Origin: a virus
Taxonomy: Duplodnaviria; Caudoviricetes
IMG/VR virus record: IMGVR_UViG_3300027956_000025
Coordinates: 1-35,882 of that record
Length of the DNA: 35,882 nucleotides
Reading direction: 5' to 3' (one strand)
Below the pieces are notes generated by a model, which was not told the origin of the DNA, searched no databases, and saw only the letters and a list, made by a program, of their open reading frames with translations. Shown piece by piece: positions 25,201 to 33,572 of this stretch (the first letter of the stretch is position 1; each line of letters starts with the position of its first letter). The position numbers were made by a program, and so were the translations under genes.

Positions 25201-26931
25201 AAATGGAAGATCGTCGTCTGCAATACCAGCTAAGTGCGTAGCCCATTCAGCAGGGAGTTCATTAATAAGTTGTGTTAAAGCTTGTGGGTTATCTGACAAT
25301 TTTTTTAAAACTGTTTCAAGATTTGCGTCAGCTGCGCCGGCCATAAAATCGCTGAGCACTCCAGTTTTTGTGCGCAAAGCGTATTGAAACTTGTTGACGC
25401 CACGAAGCATTCCGTATGAAACACCTTGGACCATACCAACACCCTGCATAAGGGATTTCATTTGGTTTGCACCAATAACCCAGTTTGCAAAATCCTCGCC
25501 TTTTACTGCTCGACCAGCAAGTTCGGGTGCAGTTTTTGTGTGAGTAAGAAAGTCATTCCAAACAGGCATAAGCCAAGGCACATACCGTTTAACCAAAGTT
25601 GTGCTACCAGTATTAATCGCATCCGCAAAAATATCGTGGGTTCTTTTAATCGCTGGATTTTTTGATAGAACCATAAATCTTTCTGCTGCTTTGGCAGCAT
25701 CAAGATTGAATATTCCTTTACGGGTCATATTTACAGCGCGAGCTGTTTTGCCAGCAATAAGAAATGGATCCATTACGATCAACGTTGCTGCGTCAATTGT
25801 CCCTGAGATCCAACGATACGCGTCGCTATCGGGATCAAACCCAATACCTCGAGCAACGTCACGACCGATAGAAATTTTGGATTGTTCAAGAACTTTTACT
25901 GCTTCACGAAAAAGCGGATCGTTAATAAGCTCGGTAAGACCGCCATATATTTTCTGATACATGGGCGTACCTTGTTCAGCAAATTCACTAGCAATTTTTG
26001 CAAGCTGTTTTTGCTGGGTAACAGGGTTTAAAGAACCTTCAACGCCAGCAACTTCTTGAGCAAGCTCGATCAAAGTTGTATCGTCGTCAAGATTTTCGGC
26101 AAGTTTCTTTGCCATATTGACAAGCTTCGGATCCCCTAAAATTTCACTAGCATTACGAACACCCGAATTTGAAAAAAGTCGTTCTCCGTTAGAAGCTTTA
26201 CTCCACGCTTCAAACCAATCATCACTATTACCTACGAAAGTTTGCTGCCCTAAGCTTGCGGCGCTACCACCAATAACAGCTCCAAGACCTGTTAATGCAA
26301 GACTTGCACCTCCGGTTACGGGTGCAAACAATGCTCCTGCTGCACCCAAACTTGCACCTAAAATTGCAGCAAGTTGAGCTTCACCATCAAGTTGACGGAT
26401 TGTTCGATAAGGACGTCCAACCACAAAGTCAGAAGCTTCATCCAAAAGATTTAAAGCTGGTCCAACAACGGGCATAACCTTTCGGCCAATACCAGAAAAA
26501 ACAAAAGAAGCTGCTTCGCCCAATCCTGAAACAGCTCCTCCTACAAGTTGTTCAACAAAGTTCCCTTCGTCAAGATCAATACGAGAAGGCTGATAACCCA
26601 TTTGTTTGAGAGTTTGCTGTTGACCTACTGTAAGAGTAGAAAAAATTGCTCGTTGGGTTGAAGGCGCATACCTGTTCAGTTGGTTTGCTAAAAGGTCAGC
26701 GCTCTGCATTCCATACATTGCGCCAGCACTAGAAAACAATTCGTTATCTGAAACTGGCATTTGGGCCATTTGCATAACCGCATCAATGTTGTTTGACATG
26801 TACGGGTTGTAATTAAGAATTGTTTTTACACGCCAAGAAAGTTTGGTATCGCGATAAAAGTTTTGAGTTAAGGTTTGAACCTGTTCTCTATCTTTTTCAA
26901 CCTGATTAATAAAGTCAACATCAAAAGCCAT
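19228..26931 (-). CDS. giant (2567 aa) putative internal virion / DNA ejection protein
   Basis: Uninterrupted 7.7-kb ORF with an N-terminal Gly/Ala hydrophobic hairpin, KPAVLLRFGFFVRN and PFWYAEENFLKRWAR. The coding call is secure; function is inferred from size and position. Confidence 0.7.
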   Translation of the reverse strand: MAFDVDFINQVEKDREQVQTLTQNFYRDTKLSWRVKTILNYNPYMSNNIDAVMQMAQMPVSDNELFSSAGAMYGMQSADLLANQLNRYAPSTQRAIFSTLTVGQQQTLKQMGYQPSRIDLDEGNFVEQLVGGAVSGLGEAASFVFSGIGRKVMPVVGPALNLLDEASDFVVGRPYRTIRQLDGEAQLAAILGASLGAAGALFAPVTGGASLALTGLGAVIGGSAASLGQQTFVGNSDDWFEAWSKASNGERLFSNSGVRNASEILGDPKLVNMAKKLAENLDDDTTLIELAQEVAGVEGSLNPVTQQKQLAKIASEFAEQGTPMYQKIYGGLTELINDPLFREAVKVLEQSKISIGRDVARGIGFDPDSDAYRWISGTIDAATLIVMDPFLIAGKTARAVNMTRKGIFNLDAAKAAERFMVLSKNPAIKRTHDIFADAINTGSTTLVKRYVPWLMPVWNDFLTHTKTAPELAGRAVKGEDFANWVIGANQMKSLMQGVGMVQGVSYGMLRGVNKFQYALRTKTGVLSDFMAGAADANLETVLKKLSDNPQALTQLINELPAEWATHLAGIADDDLPFLANLLKAKDAPETLSSLVKSLSGVDPRAYEAGRQYSRLPFVKTVGSLYNNMATLSPRGSIIMLQADQGESVSDINAFIDLFQTVGMPTYVREIWKQAIWQSPEISTRIHLLTSLVDSAATATGMRATKSGSDLIDNFVNHVRQEYGIGPNGRIDLPVSGGRTLQDIPVAVKPDADGAIMMQIPDLKMMRQAVKQGTLLRVLTGVSDNIAVEAFQNKFWKPAVLLRFGFFVRNASEDLLAFVTRAGFGHFTQEFAARSVADENVYKTALAQITPGKIIDGKLYGVPLNRPIRGRIDNVIDPAERIVLKRNSLIPAHMRPVARIVDRFGASGSPTFTMFEDYGKWLREHIKTGFVFPSKAILGKTSGRLQEIASRTSDITGATNRAKTNFFLNLDLLAFGSEYSTRRLLFGGVDPTLVRSAESFVARNASSIMQRVGATSALPWTIEDGSQQIVQRSYETAEGVKQTMWLKMQGERTHIAPGTRDISVDDYHESIHKNVVRLTDDSLQSRVLLEVAKVYDEEMQALIPPDTLRDLISAWSQTERRAMSEGTEEVNHLILLLLSDPSDYKRYNAFVEGSIGLGGMRFDDDGTSRIVDYFRKDLVDSFQGQAMPTVTEFSNLTSAKLKITKNNLNKLKAEQKALFRKANKNELDFEDLESLSEQIYELTIAVGDLEKINTFGRFAKTVDDFLETIADESGRLVARRWLSANFFLDASTRGAHFSGFGAEARDLGDILSDWRFGRPASPDKLLNEEPFRDTASPEGFLPVELDYERIVEDAPFTIGGFYTSLDEAMYAGKQNLAVEISEGRYESILQQSLRNVPAAPGQQFWLIKPSPATEGLITPEMLVDVGLLYDDFQPNISFLANRMANQPLTESQRADLFTFTQNFINSVRNGQPFIVSNPNAAQILQDVITNIHKKYFDLGPVARRKVYLPVAEGQFSSTYPELANRTSTFWMDNPEGTGVIPLSSVSWDPNIYPTPETYLDEAIASTYPQDLVDSLVMDIEQNIRGGRRVRHVVRDDANVYIRINGRPEKLGPGTYVDAQTELFADPDLKKRIGTLNESYFKTEDVTYTGNTNIMWKILAPTLIDLAEEMGGRPVRAVKNWQTVRVSKALSEFGSPGTTFDIPTDVIRMRAAKVQDVIDTPADMLPDYAVGQMYEPLQMNAWDKVVQFGFDRVLSPMLDAVARRPMAFHAYVNAHQRNMASVQWLFRGSAEEQEVNGVARKLLENDTFRAAPEQLDRYEEAGRLVARIHNISEEQYWSAEQAIAYLRSLTPEEFSGLYKAGETALAAGRLNKKPSEVKALLSFVDSNSEFITKMTLSDEATAWRFIDRIDGYFGEGSAVSGGFISNKELYKKLQNSKKHYSEINSRSITGEIQVGSEEFVNNLNYTMKLVEEGKIFAIDNQTYRVFEALTPEDWEILRRGARLRNKAFEQANEYAAEYAIRDIMPFIDTAEVRSQFADWARGYLPFWYAEENFLKRWARIMTLEGPTGTLARARKLQLTAQGLRTMGVVRDDPNGNSYFVYPGSELLAESLSKIPGLELLPISALLQTPTDRMIPGFNPQFGAPGLSPLVALPVEFATYLFPESSSIRNFQRNVFGDISVNQDIWNIFVPAQVSNTFRAIYEFTQPYESTGNERVQSAQMAAMAHLEAEGNGLPEDATSSQVDDYLRRVRNHARVIVLSQAIAGWFTPGPAQSLQLSEDQSSLSWLTEGAIENPAEILSATYFEMIQNLGIEEGTQMYLARFPDNTIGNVLEPIAYTVSKTETPSGAPLPMSEDGIMFYENNKMVFDQYSLAGPWLLPQDRSKESERSQYAYDAAMIDGLRIRKTPEEFLRELKFREGSTVYFSARKAYLDEYAKLKQQKQSASMKRLRETWDMFAQVWKSTHPIFADVLVNSDSRERRQNVIEEMRYLLNDPDAPRASHFGSMKTLMDSFDVFMAERSRLGLNKTAYARGQVESLKAEFDKWVTQFTANNPQVNSFWLTVLRPESGLD

Positions 26932-27347
26932 TAATAACCAGCCTTTGCAGCCAAATCAGCAAACATTGAGTCGCCCGTTCGACGCGAAAGTTCACGCATA
27001 AGTTCGCCTGTTCGGTTTACAGGGCTTACAATTCCCATTCGAAGAGGTGCGCCAGGATCAGTAAGGCTGCTGGTGAAAGGAACATCGGGGCGATCGTCAG
27101 GTCTTTTTAGAATGCCACCCATGCCAGACAAGGTTTGCTGCAATGCAGCAATATCGACTGGTGGACGTTGAGGTTCGGATTCACTTGTTTCAGATGGTGA
27201 GGTCAGGACTGCAACACCGGGCTCTGCGGGAGCTGGCATTGCTCTTTGCAACGCTTCCTGTTCAACACCCTTGCCATATTCTTGACCACGAATAGCTTGA
27301 ACCGGCTGACCTGGAACACCCGAAGAAGTTTTCTTAGCTCGGGGCAT
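26931..27347 (-). CDS. Pro-rich virion-associated protein following the portal (138 aa)
   Basis: ATG at 27347 follows GGAGGT; GQEYGKG..Q..LQ.A.P and RPDVPFT motifs. Confidence 0.65.
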   Translation of the reverse strand: MPRAKKTSSGVPGQPVQAIRGQEYGKGVEQEALQRAMPAPAEPGVAVLTSPSETSESEPQRPPVDIAALQQTLSGMGGILKRPDDRPDVPFTSSLTDPGAPLRMGIVSPVNRTGELMRELSRRTGDSMFADLAAKAGY

Positions 27348-29181
27348 TTGCACCTCCCTGTGCTGCCATTGCACTTAACAACTGTGTAATACGAGCTCGT
27401 GGATCAACGGGTGCGCCCTGTTGCTGTTCGGGCGGTGGCTGCATGTTCATCATCTGCTCAGGTGGAGCCTGCAAACCAGGCATCGTTTCTGGAGCAGCCG
27501 CCATACCTTCAGGTGCTGGTGGTGCTTCGGCAGCCTGACGACGTCGCATCTCTTCATCTGCTGCTTCGACCGCATCAAAAATGTCTTTGCCGCTAGCCAA
27601 ATACTTTTTGATAATGGACGACAACACAAGAGGAAGTTCGCCAGTCATAAGCTTCTGCAAAATGCTTGTACGCAAAGCCTCATCGAAGTCTTCGTCGTGG
27701 ACCAATCGCTCTTCTGCTTCCGGGTCATCGATGTAGGGGTGCATTGCCCGGAACGTTTTGCCTGAAATTGCTTTCGCTCCACGCAACGATCCAAGGATCT
27801 GGGTTTGCTGCATAACGTCAGCACCCGGAAGGTTGTAGGTGACAGTGTTGTCGGTTATTTCAATGTGTTCCTGCGGGGTGAACGTAACAATGCCCTTGTC
27901 ACCAGGCCAGCCAGAATACATAGAAAACTTTTTGTCAGGCCAGTAAGCCTTATAGGTTGAAAGGATTGCTGCATTAAGGTGTGGTAGCCACGCTTCGCTG
28001 ATTTCATGCAGCTCTTGAATACGTGGGTCAACAGCAATTCCGGCAAGAGCATCCAGCCCACGACCTGTCCGAAGAGCTCCATAGGATTCTCCTCCGAACT
28101 GAGGAATGAGTCCTGTGGATGTTCGGAAGTTTCGTTCAAGCCGGTCGATAATTTGTGGTGTCCTAACGTCTGGCGTGGATCGAATCTGTCCGATCGCTTC
28201 CACGTCCTGTAGCAGGTTGATGTCACCTTCGCGTCCGTCCTTCCATACGCCACCGATAATGCGGGGCATACCTCCTGATCGTCCAATTGCGTACATGTCC
28301 GGCCAGATAGCTTTTTCCTGGGCGAGAATGTCGAGTGCCATCAGTCGAGCTTGAAGATCGACGTTGCCGAGCATCGAGCCAATACGTGAGGCGATACGTC
28401 CAAGACTGACGTTGTGGGGGACGATGGCTGGGCACATGCCAATACGGTTTGGGTAAACCGGGGAGAGCTGCTGCCATGGTGTTACCCAAGGGCGTTCGTT
28501 GGACATGCGTCGGTCATCCCATGTTGGGCCGATAATACCGAACACGGTGACGTCCTGGTCATACCATTCGACGCAGTCCCACAGTTCACGGTAGTCGTCT
28601 TTGTGGATAGGACCGCCCAACTCCTGCTTTGACTGTGGATAAATACGGCGAAGATATTCGGCTGAGTGCCTGGTCACAAACGCTACGTACTCTGGCTCGC
28701 GCAGCTCCTCGTTTGCCTGCGGTTCAACGTATGTGCCGAGGGGGTCACGGATTTCTATGCGTGGTATTCCGGTGTTAAAGTCGGGCAGTACCACAAGGCT
28801 GCATGTGTGATAGGCGGCGAGCTGACGGTAGTAGCGTCGCCGTCCGAGGTTCCATTTGGAATTGTGGTAGGTGGCTGCAATAATCTTGCGGCGCTTCTCT
28901 GCGTATTCGCGTGAGCGTCGGCCTTGGTCTTTGTTCGGGTCGATAGCTGGGGTGATGATGCTGGGGCGTACGCTGGCTGCACGCATAGCCATGTTGTCTA
29001 CGGCTTCAGCAATGAGGGCTGGGGTAAGAGGGGGAAGGTTGGGTTCTTTGTCAATGTCGGGCATTGGCAGAATCCACTCGCCGTCGTAGCGGTCGAGAAT
29101 GTCTTTCATCCGGTTGAGTACCGGACCCTGTTGAATTTGTAGATCTTTTACGATCCTGACGATTTCGTCAAAACTTCTCAA
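27334..29181 (-). CDS. portal protein
   Basis: 615 aa immediately after the terminase (TTGA overlap); IEIRDPLGTY; Pro/Gln-rich C-terminal tail typical of podoviral portals. Confidence 0.75.
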   Translation of the reverse strand: MRSFDEIVRIVKDLQIQQGPVLNRMKDILDRYDGEWILPMPDIDKEPNLPPLTPALIAEAVDNMAMRAASVRPSIITPAIDPNKDQGRRSREYAEKRRKIIAATYHNSKWNLGRRRYYRQLAAYHTCSLVVLPDFNTGIPRIEIRDPLGTYVEPQANEELREPEYVAFVTRHSAEYLRRIYPQSKQELGGPIHKDDYRELWDCVEWYDQDVTVFGIIGPTWDDRRMSNERPWVTPWQQLSPVYPNRIGMCPAIVPHNVSLGRIASRIGSMLGNVDLQARLMALDILAQEKAIWPDMYAIGRSGGMPRIIGGVWKDGREGDINLLQDVEAIGQIRSTPDVRTPQIIDRLERNFRTSTGLIPQFGGESYGALRTGRGLDALAGIAVDPRIQELHEISEAWLPHLNAAILSTYKAYWPDKKFSMYSGWPGDKGIVTFTPQEHIEITDNTVTYNLPGADVMQQTQILGSLRGAKAISGKTFRAMHPYIDDPEAEERLVHDEDFDEALRTSILQKLMTGELPLVLSSIIKKYLASGKDIFDAVEAADEEMRRRQAAEAPPAPEGMAAAPETMPGLQAPPEQMMNMQPPPEQQQGAPVDPRARITQLLSAMAAQGGANAPS

Positions 29182-30926
29182 ATGACTGCTCCTATTGGAA
29201 GAACAAGACCTCGGTTGCGTGAACCCCAGGGGCTTGCTTTGGTTTTCCAGCCGTCAAATCCGTCTGCGTCTATAGGCTGTTTCCAGCGTTGACGCCAAAG
29301 AATCCACACGAACCAAAGTGCCATAACACGGTCTTGTCTCAGTTTGTTCCCTCGTGCTCCCGGCCTCCACGCTTTTAGTTGTTTTACAAGTTCACCTATC
29401 TCGTTTCTAGTATAATCATCGCCTGCCCAAGGAAGCACAATTTCTTGTCGCATGAAAGATTCGCACATTGAAGCTACACCAATTGCTTCATCGTATTTGT
29501 TCCAGCCTGTGAGATGTTCACGCATAGCAAAACCGTAGTGTTGCTGCATTTCAAGAAGGCGCTCGTCTCGAGCTAGCCCAGCCTGAAAGTTCTTTGTTTC
29601 GATCACTACATCCGTTACGCGTCCGGTCAAGTTGCAGGACTGAATGACAGAGTCGAGAGCTTGCATGATCTGTTCGTTGCGCCGGAACCCCGTATCTTCT
29701 CGGATACGTCGAACAATCATTTTGTTGTCTGGGGTTACCTCGCAGGCAATAACACAGTTCTGGGAACCGAGCGCAGGGTCCAAACCAATGTAAACGATGT
29801 GATCGTTTGGTACTTCGTGGCGCAAAGAAATCAAAGGATTAAGGCAGCTATCCACCATCTCGTCGGTAAACGTACGGTTCGTGTTAGATGAGCCCGGTGA
29901 CTGCATGTAGTTACGGTCCCAAGCGTCCTGTCCTACTTTGCGGCGCTGGCGATCCAACATTTCCATGGTGTACCGCTCGGGCCACAGGGGAGTTTGTTCT
30001 CCTGTTTCGTAGTTGGTCATGATTGCTTTGAATTTGATGACCTTGAGGATTCCTTCGAGCTCGGGGTCGTCTGCAAGACGGCTGTAAATGTCGTCTTCGC
30101 CTACTCGAGTGCCAGCAATGGTTGTAAAACCGTGTTCTCCTGGACGTGTCAGGGCATCCTGACGAAACCAGTCTTCGATCTTGTTTGTTTGTGAAAGTGT
30201 TTTGACGGATTGGACGTCGTCAATGTGCAAATGGTCAGTTCGGGTCGAAACAATAGACGATCCGACACCTAATGCCATCATGGTGTAGTCACGTTCGTCG
30301 TGTTGGGACTTTTTAAAAACGTTAAAGTAGTCGGCTCCCCACGGTTGAGCTACTTTTCCTTGCCCCATTCCGAGTGGCGGTTTAAATGGTCCCCATCGTT
30401 CCACGTATTTAGGGAATGGGCCGCCTGGTTCCATACGGTTTTTGATTCGACCGATGATTTTGCGGGCAATCTGTTGGTTTTCTGAGGCTACGGTCTGTCG
30501 CCGGTTAGGGTTTAGGGCGATCATTTCGGAAATGTAGTTCTCGTAGGTTGTGGTTTTACCATGTTCGGGCGGCCACAACGCCATGAGAATGTTTCCGGGT
30601 GGTAGTTCCTCAAGCTCTTGCAGGAACACAAGCTGAAACCAGCTGTATTCCATATCAAAGAACTCTTTAGCAAACGAAGCGTGAGTACCGTTGTACTCGC
30701 CGTTAGACAGATGCTCACCGGAACGCAGTTTGTCTACGTCAGCAGCAAACTTTTTGTCTCGTTTACGCCACTGACGGTAGGCTTCGTAGGTAACCCCAAT
30801 AATTTTAAGGGCTTCCTTCATATCGACCCCAGCTTGTGTGAGCTGAAGGAAATGCTGTTGACGTTGTACAGCCCGCTGATGATGAGCGTTGTTCGTCAAA
30901 GCTTCCCGGGGGTCAAACTGTTTCAT
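29178..30926 (-). CDS. terL: terminase large subunit
   Basis: Walker A PPEHGKTT, Walker B LHIDD, GTR coupling motif, LWPER, YMQ.P, nuclease IGLDPA and QDRVMALWF. Confidence 0.92.
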   Translation of the reverse strand: MKQFDPREALTNNAHHQRAVQRQQHFLQLTQAGVDMKEALKIIGVTYEAYRQWRKRDKKFAADVDKLRSGEHLSNGEYNGTHASFAKEFFDMEYSWFQLVFLQELEELPPGNILMALWPPEHGKTTTYENYISEMIALNPNRRQTVASENQQIARKIIGRIKNRMEPGGPFPKYVERWGPFKPPLGMGQGKVAQPWGADYFNVFKKSQHDERDYTMMALGVGSSIVSTRTDHLHIDDVQSVKTLSQTNKIEDWFRQDALTRPGEHGFTTIAGTRVGEDDIYSRLADDPELEGILKVIKFKAIMTNYETGEQTPLWPERYTMEMLDRQRRKVGQDAWDRNYMQSPGSSNTNRTFTDEMVDSCLNPLISLRHEVPNDHIVYIGLDPALGSQNCVIACEVTPDNKMIVRRIREDTGFRRNEQIMQALDSVIQSCNLTGRVTDVVIETKNFQAGLARDERLLEMQQHYGFAMREHLTGWNKYDEAIGVASMCESFMRQEIVLPWAGDDYTRNEIGELVKQLKAWRPGARGNKLRQDRVMALWFVWILWRQRWKQPIDADGFDGWKTKASPWGSRNRGLVLPIGAVI

Positions 30927-31084
30927 CCCTCAGACGTTTCGGTCGTTTCCTCTGGGGTTTCTTCTTCTATTTCTGGAACAAGCGACTGTAGAATTGCTTG
31001 AAGTACAGCAATTTGCTGTGCTTGCGATGCGATTTGTGTACTCAAGTTTTCGATAACTTTTGAGTAATTGAATTGATTTTCCAT
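30923..31084 (-). CDS. small coiled-coil protein with acidic tail (53 aa), not in the ORF track
   Basis: Hand translation: MENQFNYSKVIENLSTQIASQAQQIAVLQAILQSLVPEIEEETPEETTETSEG; GAGGAGG RBS; ATGA overlap with terL. Confidence 0.75.
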   Translation of the reverse strand: MENQFNYSKVIENLSTQIASQAQQIAVLQAILQSLVPEIEEETPEETTETSEG

Positions 31085-31123
31085 TTTGCCTCCTCAGACA
31101 ACCGTAAAGTTTATATCACAGTT

Positions 31124-32137
31124 TTACACTGTGGTTTTGATTCCCCAATATCCTTGGGTCAATATTGGAACCCATACTGAGGTTACTGATTGGGTTCCGT
31201 TTCCTGATGCGGTTCCAGTTCGAACCGGGGTAAGAGCGATAAGTGCTGATTGTGCTGCCAAACCACTGCCGGTAGCCGTACGGAATTTAGTGACAAGACC
31301 AAACGCTGTTTGTGTTCCAAGACCTGAGCCTGTCGCAGTTCTCTGTTCGGCGCTTGTAGCAGTCGATGTGCCGCTTCCTGAACCTGTTGCTGTTCGGGGG
31401 ATGGTTCGTAAACCAGTTGCATCAAAAGACGATGTGCCTGCGCCAGTAGCTGTCCGGGGTGCAATATGCAATCCGGCAGCATTTTGATTTCCGGTTCCTG
31501 TCCCTGTTGCTGTTTTAAGAACAAACCGTGCACCGACTGTAGTTTGTGTTCCTGCTCCTATGCCAGTTGCTGTTCGTAACGCAATTCTGACATCAATAGC
31601 GGTTTGAGAACTTGAGCCAGTTCCGTTAGCGGTTCGGAGAAGTATCTCAAAATAGGTAGCTGTGCCTGTGCCTATGCCTGTACCGATGGCTGTGCGAACA
31701 CTAACTTTGAGTGGTACTGCTGTTTGTGTGCCAGATCCGGAACCTGTTGCTGTTCGAACTGTCCCGCTAAAACCGTTAGCAGTTTGAGTAGAAGAACCGG
31801 AACCTGTAGCAGTTCTTTTATGTTGAACAATTCGATTTGCTGTTTGGGTTCCTATTCCTGAACCTAAAGCAGTTCGAGGAATAATTTCTATACTGGTTGC
31901 AGTTTGAGTTCCAACACCTGATCCACTGGCCAAACGCAATACAACTTTATTTGCTGTAGCTGTTTGTGTGCCTGTTCCAGATCCAGTAGCTGTTCGTAGG
32001 GCAACAAGAGTTTTGCTTGTAGTTTCGGTTCCTGTACCAGAACCTGTTGCAGTACGTTGGATTGCAACAAGGTCGCCGTTGTAGCGAACTAAAGATGCGT
32101 TATACGCATAGTTGGAGTCGTTGTACTGGATTGCCAC
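31124..32137 (-). CDS. Thr/Gly-rich tandem-repeat virion protein (15 repeats of about 20 aa)
   Basis: Consensus RTATGSGxGTQTAxxxxxxx; N-terminal YN-x4-YN-x5-YNG. Confidence 0.8.
   Translation of the reverse strand: MAIQYNDSNYAYNASLVRYNGDLVAIQRTATGSGTGTETTSKTLVALRTATGSGTGTQTATANKVVLRLASGSGVGTQTATSIEIIPRTALGSGIGTQTANRIVQHKRTATGSGSSTQTANGFSGTVRTATGSGSGTQTAVPLKVSVRTAIGTGIGTGTATYFEILLRTANGTGSSSQTAIDVRIALRTATGIGAGTQTTVGARFVLKTATGTGTGNQNAAGLHIAPRTATGAGTSSFDATGLRTIPRTATGSGSGTSTATSAEQRTATGSGLGTQTAFGLVTKFRTATGSGLAAQSALIALTPVRTGTASGNGTQSVTSVWVPILTQGYWGIKTTV
31160..32056 (-). repeat. degenerate 60-nt coding tandem repeat
   Basis: Recurrent + strand GAACCTGT(T/A)GC(T/A)GT(T/A)CG-like units at about 60-nt spacing; one unit is 54 nt. 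Confidence 0.8.
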
Positions 32138-32143
32138 TAAAGG

Positions 32144-32326
32144 CTACTCCTCGGCTGATGGTGCGGGTGGCTGGAATCCGTTCGTTTCGTCCCATGTCCA
32201 GCCGATTCCGACAAGCGTGTCAGTGTCGATCCACAATCCGCCGAGCCTGTCGATACACCATTCGGCGTTTCCGACTGTTACTTGGTGGACGACACCGTTT
32301 TGGATTTGTGCAGCGTAGGTTTCCAT
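32144..32326 (-). CDS. small fibre-accessory protein (60 aa)
   Basis: ATG at 32326 (TAATG overlap). YAAQIQNGVV.QV...GIGWTWD...F.PP pattern, typically found beside Gly-rich tail proteins. Confidence 0.65.
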   Translation of the reverse strand: METYAAQIQNGVVHQVTVGNAEWCIDRLGGLWIDTDTLVGIGWTWDETNGFQPPAPSAEE

Positions 32327-33201
32327 TAGAGAGGCCACCTGATAATGAATAAACCTGAACCGCCAGCACCACCAGAAAAACTGGTATTTCCTCCACCGCC
32401 ACCACCGCCCGTGTTTGCAGTTCCTGCGGTTGGTGCTGTTCCAGACCCTACACAGCCACTGCCACCACCATCAGATCCTGTGCCACGAGTGTCGCCGGTT
32501 AATGCTCCACCACCGCCACCACCGCCAACAGACCGGCTAGTGCCGTCCCATGTAAACGTCACACCAGCACCACCGTTACCGGCCGCCGATGTTGTTCCTG
32601 CTGCACCAACAGCGGAATATCCTCCACCGCCACCAGCAGAACCGTTCGCAGCAGCCCCACCACCGTTACTGCCTTGAGAGGTTACGCCAGATCCACCAGA
32701 TCGGTTGTTGGAAGTAACACCAGCCCCACCGCCTGAACCACCTGCAATTCCGTTGTCGTTATTACCGCCACCGCCACCGCCACCGGTAGCAACATACGAT
32801 TCAAATCTGCTGTTTGAACCGTTAGAGCCTTGTTCTCCACCGGCACCCCCCGACCCGCCAGCACCAATAACAACCGTATATGTGGCTGTATCCAAAGTCA
32901 GTTTGGTTGCATCAACACTATAAATTACCCCGCCTGCGCCACCGCCACCAGAAGAACCAGCTGTGATAAATCCCGACCCACCGCCACCACCACCAGCAAC
33001 CACAATCATCTCAACATCACGCAACGTCCCATTAGAGACAGTCACATCACCGTTACCGGTAAACGTCAAACCCTGATAGTTCCCACTTGAAAACGATGAG
33101 AAAGTTCCTGTTGCAGAAACCTGCACACCACGATTCACATACTGAGGTGCGGTCGTCCAATTGGACACCAACCCGCCAGACTGCACACGATCCCGACGCA
33201 T
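32326..33201 (-). CDS. glycine-rich tail / receptor-binding protein
   Basis: ATG at 33201 (TGATG overlap). LTFTGNG, IVVAGGGGGG, GGGGAGG, GTANTGGGGGG and GGSGLFIIRW. Confidence 0.8.
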   Translation of the reverse strand: MRRDRVQSGGLVSNWTTAPQYVNRGVQVSATGTFSSFSSGNYQGLTFTGNGDVTVSNGTLRDVEMIVVAGGGGGGSGFITAGSSGGGGAGGVIYSVDATKLTLDTATYTVVIGAGGSGGAGGEQGSNGSNSRFESYVATGGGGGGGNNDNGIAGGSGGGAGVTSNNRSGGSGVTSQGSNGGGAAANGSAGGGGGYSAVGAAGTTSAAGNGGAGVTFTWDGTSRSVGGGGGGGALTGDTRGTGSDGGGSGCVGSGTAPTAGTANTGGGGGGGNTSFSGGAGGSGLFIIRWPL

Positions 33202-33563
33202 CAACTGATCCTGTTCACATAACCATGAATCGTCACCACGTTCGCCGTCCCACAAAACGCACGAACGATCAGCGCAGTTGAAGCGTTCCCCTTAATCAGC
33301 AAACCTGGCGCAACCAACACCAAACCGGACTCGGCAGGAATCGTAATTTCAATAAGATCATCGGGAGCAGACACACCACCCCACTCGACAGTTAGTTTGC
33401 GTGCTGTCGTATCCGTGTTTTGGGCGTACAACCAGATCTCGTCGTACACCGTCGCCGTAGATGATCCGGTGTGCAGAAGCGTGCCAGGAGTCGCAGTCGC
33501 AGCAACCTTGATTGCACGACCATCTGTCGAACCAGACAACTTTTCTTTCGTGAACGTAGCCAT
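33201..33563 (-). CDS. beta-sandwich virion protein (120 aa)
   Basis: GGAG RBS; DEIWLYAQN...LTVEWG...ITIPAESGL...GYVNRI. Confidence 0.7.
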   Translation of the reverse strand: MATFTKEKLSGSTDGRAIKVAATATPGTLLHTGSSTATVYDEIWLYAQNTDTTARKLTVEWGGVSAPDDLIEITIPAESGLVLVAPGLLIKGNASTALIVRAFCGTANVVTIHGYVNRIS

Positions 33564-33572
33564 ACCAATCTC

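Noticed and set aside
19887-26477. Many 60-120 aa ORFs antisense or out of frame within the giant gene
   Set aside because: Lengths are as expected by chance inside a long ORF; no RBS or motifs.
31095-31125. Possible promoter (TGATATAAACT on the minus strand) before the terL-coupled peptide
   Set aside because: A -10-like hexamer is present but there is no credible -35; too weak to call from sequence alone.
31160-32056. 60-nt periodic repeat as a CRISPR array or DGR
   Set aside because: Repeats are degenerate at synonymous positions and in frame within one ORF; no reverse transcriptase or template/variable repeat pair was found.
32380-33000. CCACCGCCA-type repeats
   Set aside because: They are reverse complements of poly-Gly codons in the Gly-rich tail protein.
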